Shown here one piece after another: positions 9,096 to 16,610 of a stretch of 24,000 bases of DNA (position 1 is the stretch's first letter; each line of letters starts with the position of its first letter). The notes beneath the pieces are model-generated. The model saw only the letters and a list, made by a program, of their open reading frames with translations, had not been told where the DNA came from and made no database searches. The DNA comes from Crenobacter cavernae (lineage in GTDB: Bacteria > Pseudomonadota > Gammaproteobacteria > Burkholderiales > Chromobacteriaceae), in assembly GCF_003355495.1 (NCBI RefSeq), contig NZ_CP031337.1:1576875-1600874 (forward strand), read 5' to 3'. A program made the translations under genes and the position numbers.

Positions 9096-9131
9096 TTTCC
9101 GGTTTTGTCGGGGCGTGTGTCGGGGCGTGAG
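9096..9131 (+). repeat. Island-end repeat containing tandem 12-mers TGTCGGGGCGTG x2, a putative integrase arm-type site (left arm)
   Basis: TTTCCGGT[T]TTGTCGGGGCGTGTGTCGGGGCGTGAG matches 19321-19356 at 35/36 positions in the same orientation. The 12-mers lie at 9106-9117 and 9118-9129. The repeat ends 2 nt before the integrase ATG. Confidence 0.6.
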
Positions 9132-9133
9132 AG

Positions 9134-10675
9134 ATGGCAAGGGCTGAGTCAAAGCTGACGATCAAGAAGCTGGCAACACTAAAGCCACGCGATAAGGGCG
9201 AGGTGCTGCGTGATGGCGGCGGGCTGGTGGGTATCGTCGGCGTTGCCAAGGACGGGGAAACCGTCACCGTGCGGTTTACCTATCAGTACCGCGACGGCGT
9301 GCGTCGCCGGGAAAAATCCTGTGGCGTCTGGACGCACGATGACCGCCGCGACAAAGTGCCGGGTAGCAAGGGACTAGCTGAGATTCGCACCGAGCGCGAC
9401 CGGCTGAGAGCCCTCGTGAAGGCCGGCATTGATCCGATCCAGCAAGAGGAACAGGAGAGGGAGCGCCAAGAGCAAGAGTTGGCCGAGCGGCAACGCGCCT
9501 TAGTGAAACAGAAAGAGGCCGAACGCCGTGAAGGCGAGGCCATGACGATGGACGGGCTGTACGAGTTATGGGATGCCAACCACGGCGCGACGCTGGAACC
9601 GCACTGGCGGGCGGTGCGCCGATCTCACTGGCGTTGCCATGTCTCCCCGGTGATCGGTGCGCATAAGGTGCACCACGCTGACAAGCAACCTATGCTGCTG
9701 CACTACGACAGGATGGTGCGCAAAGGGAAGGAAGTCACGGCGCGGCGCGTGCTTGCGTTGCTGAAGCAGGTAATCGCGTGGGGTGTGGAACGTCAGCATG
9801 TGGCCGACGACCACCCACTGACTCGCCTGACCATTCCCAAGAAGCAGCGCACCGTTAGGGCCGACCAGCTCCCCGAAAACTTCGACATTCAGCAGTATCT
9901 GAACGCCCGCGGGGACGAAGCGGTCGGCTCCGACCTGGAAGACTCGCTCGCCGGCCGCGCCTTGCCGTTTGCCGAACTGGTGACGCTGTTCAACGACCGC
10001 CTGCCCAAGGCCACCCAAGCCATCACCGGAACACACCTGATGCGGCTGATGCTCGCCACCGGCATTCGCTCGAGCGAGGCAGTACGCCTGCGCTGGCAAT
10101 GGATCGACCTGGACCGGCGCTTAATGATTATTCCGGCCGGCAGCATGAAGAAGCGCAAGATGCACCACATCCACTTGTCCTCCTTTGCGGTGCGCCAGCT
10201 CGAGGAAATGCGGGCGATCCGGACGGGGGATTTCGTGTTTCCGGCTCCGCGTAAAGAGAACGACCACATCCTGCGCACTAACGTCGGCAACGACATCAGC
10301 AGCCGCCAGTTTTACCGCGCGGCAGACGAGTCAGACGAAGCCTTCGCTGCTCGTCTGGCAAAGCGCATGGTGTGCCGGCGGTCCCGTAAGGACTACGACC
10401 TCTATAACCTTCCTGGTGGCAAGTGGACGCTGTACGACCTGCGCCGCACCGTTGCCACGCGCCTGGAGGAGCTGGGCATCGAGCGCGATATGGTGGGTCG
10501 CGTGCTGGCCCATGCCCAGCCCGATGCCAAGACGACTGGACGCTACGCCCGCCATAGTCATTGGGAGCAACGTTGCAAGGCACTCGACCTGCTGGGTGTG
10601 GCGTTGGACATGTGCGAAGCCGGCGAGCTGCCGCTGATCGAGGTTGATAACGTGGTGCGGATGCGTCGCGCCTGA
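9134..10675 (+). CDS. int: Tyrosine-type site-specific integrase (P4-like, N-terminal DUF4102 arm-binding domain)
   Basis: N-terminus KLTIKKLATLKPRDKGEVLRDGGGLVGIVGVAKDGETVTVRFTYQYR is DUF4102-like. Catalytic region has LATGIRSSEAVRLRW (Arg I), LYDLRRTVATRL (box II, Tyr in place of the usual His), VLAHA and GRYARH (nucleophile Tyr). Lies adjacent to the att repeat. Confidence 0.92.
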   Translation: MARAESKLTIKKLATLKPRDKGEVLRDGGGLVGIVGVAKDGETVTVRFTYQYRDGVRRREKSCGVWTHDDRRDKVPGSKGLAEIRTERDRLRALVKAGIDPIQQEEQERERQEQELAERQRALVKQKEAERREGEAMTMDGLYELWDANHGATLEPHWRAVRRSHWRCHVSPVIGAHKVHHADKQPMLLHYDRMVRKGKEVTARRVLALLKQVIAWGVERQHVADDHPLTRLTIPKKQRTVRADQLPENFDIQQYLNARGDEAVGSDLEDSLAGRALPFAELVTLFNDRLPKATQAITGTHLMRLMLATGIRSSEAVRLRWQWIDLDRRLMIIPAGSMKKRKMHHIHLSSFAVRQLEEMRAIRTGDFVFPAPRKENDHILRTNVGNDISSRQFYRAADESDEAFAARLAKRMVCRRSRKDYDLYNLPGGKWTLYDLRRTVATRLEELGIERDMVGRVLAHAQPDAKTTGRYARHSHWEQRCKALDLLGVALDMCEAGELPLIEVDNVVRMRRA

Positions 10676-10758
10676 TTTACACCAGCTTTGCCGCGCCTAG
10701 ATCGGCCAATCGAAAAGCGGGAATCCCTGCCCGCCTGGCGCGGCAATCCATTTCAGAG

Positions 10759-11541
10759 ATGCGCGAGGGAGCGCAAGTACAAATGAACTTTCCTTCATGG
10801 GCGCCAGAAATACTGGTGCATGAATGTCGCCGGAACCCGCACCCCACGCTCAAGACTCTTCTGACCGAGGCTGCCCTTGAACAGTTTTGGGAAAAGGTCG
10901 ATGAACTACTGAGCAAAGCCAGTACCGCCTTTCCTGATGGCATTCCAGCGACTGCAGCACAGGTCGCAGCCAGACAGCTACTTGATGGCGGCCATCCCCT
11001 GCTTACCTACTGGAACGCCATTCGTAGAGCCCAGCAATACGAACCGATGGGGCATACCAAGAACGACAGAAAAGATCATCTGAACGAAGTTAAAAACCTT
11101 GCCTGGCGCTTGTCCCAAAAGCTCGACCGCTCCGAGTACTTCAGCACCGGGAAATTTCGAGATGCAGCGATCTGGATAGAGGCAGCAGCACCGACGATCG
11201 ATGATGACAAGGTAAAAAACTACTACCTGAACCTGGCCGACGGCTTATCAAAAATGACCCTCGACGGAACGATGGCTCGCCTTGCCGACATCATCGCCTA
11301 CATCGATCTTGCCTCGTTGGCCTCCCCTATCGTTGCTAGGCAGAAGGACATTGAGAAGGCACGGCTGATCAAGTTCTGCCGCCAAATGGTTGAGGCCCAC
11401 CGGCACCATCTGTTCGGGCCAACCTCGCCTCGTCATGATCTGATTGCTGACCTAGCCAAAGCACTCGACATCGTCCCTCAAGACTACGACCGGGACGGTT
11501 TTGGGATGCAGGAGGTCAAGTCCATGACAAGAGGGGTGTAG
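10759..11541 (+). CDS. Hypothetical protein (island cargo)
   Basis: Long ORF in a visibly lower-GC segment. An alternative start, ATG 10783 (MNFPSW), has GAGGGA ~12 nt upstream. No recognisable motif. Confidence 0.55.
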   Translation: MREGAQVQMNFPSWAPEILVHECRRNPHPTLKTLLTEAALEQFWEKVDELLSKASTAFPDGIPATAAQVAARQLLDGGHPLLTYWNAIRRAQQYEPMGHTKNDRKDHLNEVKNLAWRLSQKLDRSEYFSTGKFRDAAIWIEAAAPTIDDDKVKNYYLNLADGLSKMTLDGTMARLADIIAYIDLASLASPIVARQKDIEKARLIKFCRQMVEAHRHHLFGPTSPRHDLIADLAKALDIVPQDYDRDGFGMQEVKSMTRGV

Positions 11542-11576
11542 ATAACACCGTAAAAATCGTCGTTATCTACATAACG
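11539..11576. promoter_or_regulatory. Operator-like GATAAC/GTTATC palindromes upstream of alpA
   Basis: TAGATAAC (11539-11546) and GTTATCTA (11562-11569) form a perfect 8-bp inverted repeat. It overlaps the hairpin CGTTAT-CTAC-ATAACG (11561-11576). The intergenic region is AT-rich. Confidence 0.3.
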
Positions 11577-11640
11577 ACCCGTTTCCTCCACAACGCATCA
11601 TGCGGTCATCGATTCCCAACCCTCCTAAAGGGGACAGACG

Positions 11641-11877
11641 ATGGCCGAGCAACTCAAAACCGCCCTGGCGATTCTGCGCCGCAAGCAGGTCGAAGCCCGC
11701 ACCGGGCTTTCCCGCACCACCATCTACGACCGCATCAATCCCAAGTCGCCGCGCTACGACGCCACATTCCCCAAGCCGATCAGCTTGGGCGCGGGGGCGT
11801 CGGCGGTCGGCTGGCTCGAGTCCGAGCTGAACGCCTGGATCGAGTCGCGCATCATTGCCACCCGCCACGAGGCCTAA
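11641..11877 (+). CDS. alpA: AlpA-family phage/island transcriptional regulator (excisionase-like MerR-type HTH)
   Basis: ILRRKQVEARTGLSRTTIYDRINPKSPRYDATFPKPISLGAGASAVGWLESELNAWIESR is the typical AlpA/Phage_AlpA pattern. SD AAAGGGG lies 5-6 nt upstream. Confidence 0.85.
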   Translation: MAEQLKTALAILRRKQVEARTGLSRTTIYDRINPKSPRYDATFPKPISLGAGASAVGWLESELNAWIESRIIATRHEA

Positions 11878-11889
11878 AGGGGACGAGCG

Positions 11890-12267
11890 ATGGAAAAGAA
11901 AAACGCCCGCCCCGCCGAAGCGGAAACGAGCGCTCACATCAGCGCGAATCAGAGCACCGCCACGCCGCCGATCGTGACCGGACAATGCGCCGAGGTGCTC
12001 GCCATCCTGCGCGAGCGCGGCTCGGTGCTGAGCCTCGAACTGACCGCCGATCGCGCCATTCCCGAGGCCGCCGCGCGCATCCATGAGCTGCGCGCCATGG
12101 GCTTCAACATCATCACCACCCTCCTGGCCGAAGTCGTATTCCGGGATCGCGTGCGCCGCAAAGTAGCGCGCTACACGCTCGGCACGCCGGCATGGTCGGC
12201 ACTCGATTACGGCAAGAACGGCACGCTCATGAGCGACCAGGCGGTCGCGCGCTGCCCGCCCGGCTAG
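11890..12267 (+). CDS. Winged helix-turn-helix protein (HTH_39-like)
   Basis: CAEVLAILRERGSVLSLELTADRAIPEAAARIHELRAMGFNIIT matches the PF14090-type pattern as recalled from memory. The same CTAAAGGGGAC ribosome-binding context precedes both this gene and alpA. Confidence 0.65.
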   Translation: MEKKNARPAEAETSAHISANQSTATPPIVTGQCAEVLAILRERGSVLSLELTADRAIPEAAARIHELRAMGFNIITTLLAEVVFRDRVRRKVARYTLGTPAWSALDYGKNGTLMSDQAVARCPPG

Positions 12268-12369
12268 ACCGCTAACCCTCTCCCCGACAATTTGAGCGAG
12301 GCGTGAGGACGTGACCACGAACGGTGAACAACCGGTCGCGGCCACCCTCATGCTTGGAGGATTGTCACC

Positions 12370-13644
12370 ATGGCAAGAATCGAGCCGCAAACCGTCCGCC
12401 GCGAAGCCTTGGTTATATACGCGGAAACTGAGGCCGCTCCCGCAAATCACCACCCTGTGGTCTGGGCCAAACTGCCCGACGACAGCGGCGAAACGCTCGC
12501 TCTCGAACGGCACGGCACCGGCTTCCGCCTCTACGTCAGCCCGCAGGAATCCCGCGCCGAACGCTACGCACTCAAGGCGCTGGTGGCGCGCTGGATGCCG
12601 CGTTCTCGCACGGCCAAGTGTCTGCGCTGGAAGCTGCCGAACCGCCAGCTTGAGCTGATGCGCTCGACCGAGCATGCCAAGGCGTTCTACGCCGGCCTCC
12701 AGGTCTGTGCCATGCCCTGGCTGTGCCCGGTGTGCTCCGCCAAGATTGCCGAACGTCGTAAGGCCGAGCTGCAGGCGGCGATGGCGACGGCGAAGGCCAG
12801 AGGCTGGCAGGTGCTGCTGCTGACGCTGACCGTGCCGCACGGCATGGGCGACGATCTGAACGTGATGCTCGATCAGATGCGCCAGGCGTGGCGCTACTGC
12901 TCCACCAGTCGGGCCGGCAAGGCGATGCGTAAGGCGATCGGTTTGATGGGGACGGTGCGCGCGCTCGAAGTCACCTACGGTCAGAACGGCTTTCACCCGC
13001 ACTTCCACGTCCTGCTGTTCCTGGACAAGTCCAAGACGCCGCACGAGGTCGCGCAGTCCTTCGCGCCGATCTGGCAGCGCGCTTGCCTGAAAGCGGGGTT
13101 GGAGCGTCCGAGCGATGAGCACGGCTGCCGGGTTGACGACGGCAGCAGGGCGGCCGATTACGTAGCCAAGGGCGGGTTGGATTCGCACTGGGGTTTCGAG
13201 GACGAGGTCACGAAAGGACACAGCAAGAAGGGCCGTAGAGGCTCGCTGACGCCGTTCGACTTCCTGCGCGCCTACCGCGAGACCGGCGACGACAAGTTCC
13301 GCCGCCTGTTCCTGGTCTACGCCGACGCGTTTAGCGGTCAGCGCCAACTCTACTGGTCGAACGGCCTTAAGGCGCTGCTGGCGGTCGAGGATCTGACCGA
13401 CGAGGAAGTGGCTACTCAAGAGGACGACGCGGATATTGTCCTGGCGCAGCTCACTAGCGACGACTGGAAGGCCGTCGTGGACACGCACAGCGAGGCTGCC
13501 TTGCTCAATGTGGCCGAGACGCACCCGGACGCGCTGGAGGCGTTCCTAGACGGCGTGAGGGCCATTGCCAGGGCCTGTCGGGGCAGCGGCACCCGTCGCC
13601 GGCTGGCGTTCCCGCTGCGCCTGGCCGGCGAGCGCGAAGGCTAG
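12370..13644 (+). CDS. HUH-type rolling-circle replication initiator (Rep_1/pUB110-like)
   Basis: Zinc-ribbon-like CAMPWLCPVCSAKIAERRK. LLLTLTVPHG. HUH motif GFHPHFHVLLFLD. Candidate catalytic Tyr in AADYVAKGG. GGAGGA lies 8 nt upstream of the ATG. The C-terminal ~25 aa look non-native (see the adjacent pseudogene). Confidence 0.8.
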   Translation: MARIEPQTVRREALVIYAETEAAPANHHPVVWAKLPDDSGETLALERHGTGFRLYVSPQESRAERYALKALVARWMPRSRTAKCLRWKLPNRQLELMRSTEHAKAFYAGLQVCAMPWLCPVCSAKIAERRKAELQAAMATAKARGWQVLLLTLTVPHGMGDDLNVMLDQMRQAWRYCSTSRAGKAMRKAIGLMGTVRALEVTYGQNGFHPHFHVLLFLDKSKTPHEVAQSFAPIWQRACLKAGLERPSDEHGCRVDDGSRAADYVAKGGLDSHWGFEDEVTKGHSKKGRRGSLTPFDFLRAYRETGDDKFRRLFLVYADAFSGQRQLYWSNGLKALLAVEDLTDEEVATQEDDADIVLAQLTSDDWKAVVDTHSEAALLNVAETHPDALEAFLDGVRAIARACRGSGTRRRLAFPLRLAGEREG

Positions 13645-13659
13645 GCGCTGCTGCGCGAC

Positions 13660-14676
13660 ATGGGACTGGCGGCAACCACCCAGCGCGGCCTTCAGGACAA
13701 GCTCGCCAAGTACCACCTGCAAGAGGAAGGCAGCGACGCGATGCACCACGTCACCGCGCGCGGGCTGCTGGACGCATGGCGCGTACATCCTGCCGAGCGG
13801 CGACATCCTGGGCACACCGAGCGAGCCGATTTTCTACCGGGGCGACATCAAGGACGCGAACGCCTACGCGCCGCGCGGCACGCTCGACGGCTGGCGCGAC
13901 CACGTGGCGCGGCTGGCGCATCGGTGTGGGGCCATCACGAGCAAACCAAACTTGCCTGGGACGCTACCGCGCTGGGGCTGGCGAACGCCGCCGCCGCGCG
14001 CAATGACTGCCTGATGTTTCTGGACGAGGCGGGACAGGGCAGCCCGGACGCCGTCAGCTTATTGGCCTACCGGCTGTTCAACGGCACCGGCAAGATGCAG
14101 GGGGCCAAGGACGGCGGCAACCGCGAACAGGCGCGCTGGCGCGTGCTGGCGTTCTCGACCGGCGAGCACCCGGTCGGCGAGCTGCTGAAAGAGGGTGGCC
14201 GCCGCATCAAGGTAGGGCAAAGCGTGCGCTTGCCCAGCATCGCCGCCGACGCCGGCCGGGACTACGGCGTATTCGAGACGCTGCACGGCTACCCGTCCGC
14301 CAAGGCGCTGGCAGACGACCTCAAGCGCCTATGCGGCGAGCACTACGGTACGGCGGGGCGGGCATTCGTCGAGTACGTCGCCCCGCGCCGGGAGGAGCTG
14401 GCCGACCTGATCCGGGAGCACACCGGGGCATGGTGCGCCGATCTGCCACCGTCGAGCGGGCAGGCCGCCCGCGTCGTGACCCGCTTCGCCGTGGTGGCGC
14501 TGGCGCTGGAGTTGGCGACGCGCGCCGGCATCACCGGATGGGCGGAAGGCGAGGCGCGCGAGGCGATCCACGCCCTGATGCGCGAATGGCTGCAGCGCAA
14601 CGGCACCGGCAAGCACGAAGACCGCGCCATCGTTGACCAGGCGGAGGTCTTCCTCGCCCTGCACGGTTTCAGCCGC
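13660..14676 (+). pseudogene. DUF927-family (P4 alpha-like SF3) helicase, decayed: N-terminally truncated, two frameshifts, Walker A region deleted, 3' truncated
   Basis: Family-like sequence switches frame. Frame 1 reads LLRDMGLAATTQRGLQDKLAKYHLQ..HHVTAR. Frame 2 reads GCWTHGAYILPSGDILGTPSEPIFYRGDIKDANAYAPRGTLDGWRDHVARLA. Frame 1 resumes with SVWGHHEQTKLAWDATALGLANAAAARNDCLMFLDEAGQ...LALHGFSR. The P-loop segment expected between ARLA and SVWG is missing. The reading frame is the same as Rep, separated from it by a single TAG (13642-13644). Confidence 0.75.
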
Positions 14677-14807
14677 TCATCAAACAGCGTTTCCCACTGG
14701 TTCTTGCTCCAGGTGTATTCGCGCTGGTAACGAGGGATCGCGTAGACCACGTCCGCTTCGATGTCGAAGAGCTGCGAGACCGGGTAGTTGTTGACCGACT
14801 TGATCAT
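14677..14807 (-). pseudogene. DUF262 (GmrSD/ParB-like NTPase N-domain) protein, 44-codon N-terminal stub
   Basis: MIKSVNNYPVSQLFDIEADVVYAIPRYQREYTWSKNQWETLFDE carries the diagnostic IPxYQRxYxW motif. Homology stops abruptly at ~14676, where antisense DUF927 sequence begins. The ATG overlaps the stop of the upstream gene (ATGA). Confidence 0.7.
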
Positions 14808-15769
14808 AGGGACTCAATCACCTCAGCCGTTTGGCGGTAGTCGGCCAGGTAGCTGTCGAACGAAAAATCAGGGCTCTTGATGGCCGAAATGAAGTCGTCC
14901 ATCCAGCTGCCCGCCTTCTGCTGCAGGCCATGCATGCTGGCCTCCGGCGCGATCACCCCCGCTGGGCGCGACGCGTAGCCCGTCAGGACGTTCAGCGCGG
15001 CATAACCGTGGTGTCCCATCTCCGAGAAGTACGCCTGGGTCAGGCTCTTGGCCTGCTCGCGCAGCGCCAGCAGCTCGTCAACGCGCCTTTGCTTCTTGAC
15101 CACATCTTTGGTCGTCTTGATGTCAAAGACGCGGCAAAGCAGTGGCAGCATCTCCTTCTCTGGCACGTGGTAGCGCTTGAGCTGGTGCAGCTTCTCGGTC
15201 AGTGCCGTTTCCAGCTTGCGGATGTCGCCGATGTTCTGCACGAACCGATCAACCCGGTCCATGCCGCGCCGGGTGTGTGCGTAGCTGAATTCGATACTCT
15301 TGCTACCAAAGATGATGCCGTTCAAGCATATCCAGCGGCAGAAGCCCAACTCGAAGCGCAGCAGCCGGGTGCGGTTGTAGCTGTTGCTGATGCGCAGGAA
15401 TGCGGTCCACTTATCCTTCTCCCAGGGCGAGAATTCCGCTGTCTTGTGGATCAAATCGATATGGCAGAACGACCGGGTCTTGGGCATGGTGATGTTCAAG
15501 CACTCCATGTCGCCGATCTCCGTGGTGAGGAACACCTTCTTCATCACCTTAGCCGCCATGTCGAAGGCCGTCTTGTTGGTGACAAGCTTGTAGTCATCGG
15601 TCACCACGGCAAAGGGGTTCTGCCGCTCCACGTCGACCACGGCGAAGTGCCTTTTGAGCTGCTGGTAATCATTCAGCGCATTCTTGGCTGGCATGTAAAG
15701 CTGCCGCAGCTCGACCGGGAAAAACGCTTCAGCAGGGTCTCTGGCCGTCCAGGCTTGTGCGGTCGTCAT
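14804..15769 (-). CDS. Hypothetical protein, DUF932-like (phage/plasmid-like protein family)
   Basis: Start MTTAQAW at 15769 has AGGAA upstream. The core LRISNSYNRTRLLRFELGFCRWICLNGIIFG resembles the DUF932 NSxDxS...G..R.vC.NG signature as recalled from memory. Lower GC than the host. Translationally coupled to the DUF262 stub. Confidence 0.7.
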   Translation of the reverse strand: MTTAQAWTARDPAEAFFPVELRQLYMPAKNALNDYQQLKRHFAVVDVERQNPFAVVTDDYKLVTNKTAFDMAAKVMKKVFLTTEIGDMECLNITMPKTRSFCHIDLIHKTAEFSPWEKDKWTAFLRISNSYNRTRLLRFELGFCRWICLNGIIFGSKSIEFSYAHTRRGMDRVDRFVQNIGDIRKLETALTEKLHQLKRYHVPEKEMLPLLCRVFDIKTTKDVVKKQRRVDELLALREQAKSLTQAYFSEMGHHGYAALNVLTGYASRPAGVIAPEASMHGLQQKAGSWMDDFISAIKSPDFSFDSYLADYRQTAEVIESL

Positions 15770-15951
15770 GGTCTTATTCCTTTCCCTGTTTGGCGCGAGC
15801 TGCACGCTTCTCGGCCAGGCTCAAGTGATGATCGTTGATGCGGTCGCCGACGTCACATCCCGGACAATCATATAAGTAAACGCCTTTGGAAACTGGCCAT
15901 CGCCCGGGAAGGTATGGGCTTGCTTCTGCAAGCCCTACAACAGCAAAAACG

Positions 15952-16180
15952 ATGATCGTCAAATTACACAAACAAGCTCGAACGACGCCGGCCATCCGCG
16001 AGGAAATCCGCCACGCGACTGGCACCTTGGCCGAACTGACGGCACGCTTCAACGTCAGCATTTCCACCATTCTCAAGTGGAAGAGCCGCGACGCCGTTGA
16101 AGACCGTTCTCACACGGCGCATCGGCTGCAAACCACGCTGACGCCTGCCCAGGAACGCATCGCAGTCGAACTACGCAAGA
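15952..16180 (+). pseudogene. IS481-family transposase, N-terminal HTH fragment (~76 codons)
   Basis: MIVKLHKQARTTPAIREEIRHATGTLAELTARFNVSISTILKWKSRDAVEDRSHTAHRLQTTLTPAQERIAVELRK resembles IS481 N-termini (HKNARLTP...). No DDE catalytic domain follows. The ORF tail to 16299 is unrelated sequence. Confidence 0.6.
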
Positions 16181-16548
16181 TACTCAGAAATAGCTGGTGG
16201 CGTTGGTTTACCACCCAGGCAGTAGGCAGATCGCAAAGCACCTGTATGACGCCAAAGGCCCTAACTAATATTAACCAGCCAAGCCGGCTAAGGCAGTGAC
16301 TTTCCGTGACCTAGACATCAAGAGGGCATGTTGACCTTGCTCTGAGAGGCGCGTGTTCAATAGTGGAATTTGACGGAACAGGTGCGCTTCGCCTACCTGT
16401 CCGGCGCGCGCGGCGTCAACAGCAACTACATTCTGCCGACCGACTGGAGCGGCCACGCCGGCAACGCGCTCGAAGCGCCGGATTCCGACCACATCCTGTA
16501 CGGCGGCGCGGCGACCAGCAAGGCGTCGCTGGCGGCTGTTATCTGATT

Positions 16549-16565
16549 GTCAACTACCCCGGCCT
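16549..16565 (+). repeat. Upstream copy of the 17-nt direct repeat GTCAACTACCCCGGCCT (second copy at 16611-16627)
   Basis: Exact 17/17 identity, 62 bp apart. See findings for the associated hairpins. Confidence 0.9.
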
Positions 16566-16610
16566 GAAGGAATGAGAGGCGCAAATATGCAATTCCGCCC
16601 CTCTTGTATA

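Noticed and set aside
11563-13524. 653-aa ORF on the minus strand
   Set aside because: It is antisense to alpA, the wHTH gene and Rep, all of which have clear family motifs and RBSs. The translation is Arg/Gly/Ala-rich low-complexity sequence typical of antisense frames in high-GC DNA.
12370-13644. The HUH protein as the missing TnpA partner of iscB
   Set aside because: IS200/IS605 TnpA proteins are ~130-160 aa Y1 transposases encoded next to their partner gene. This one is a 424-aa Rep_1-like initiator with a zinc-ribbon, 3 kb away and separated from iscB by unrelated decayed genes.
15774-16076. 100-aa minus-strand ORF upstream of the DUF932-like gene
   Set aside because: Most of it is antisense to the IS481 stub, and no convincing start or RBS is present. 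Only the last ~35 codons (YLYDCPGCDVGDRINDHHLSLAEKRAARAKQGKE) look protein-like, which is too weak to call.
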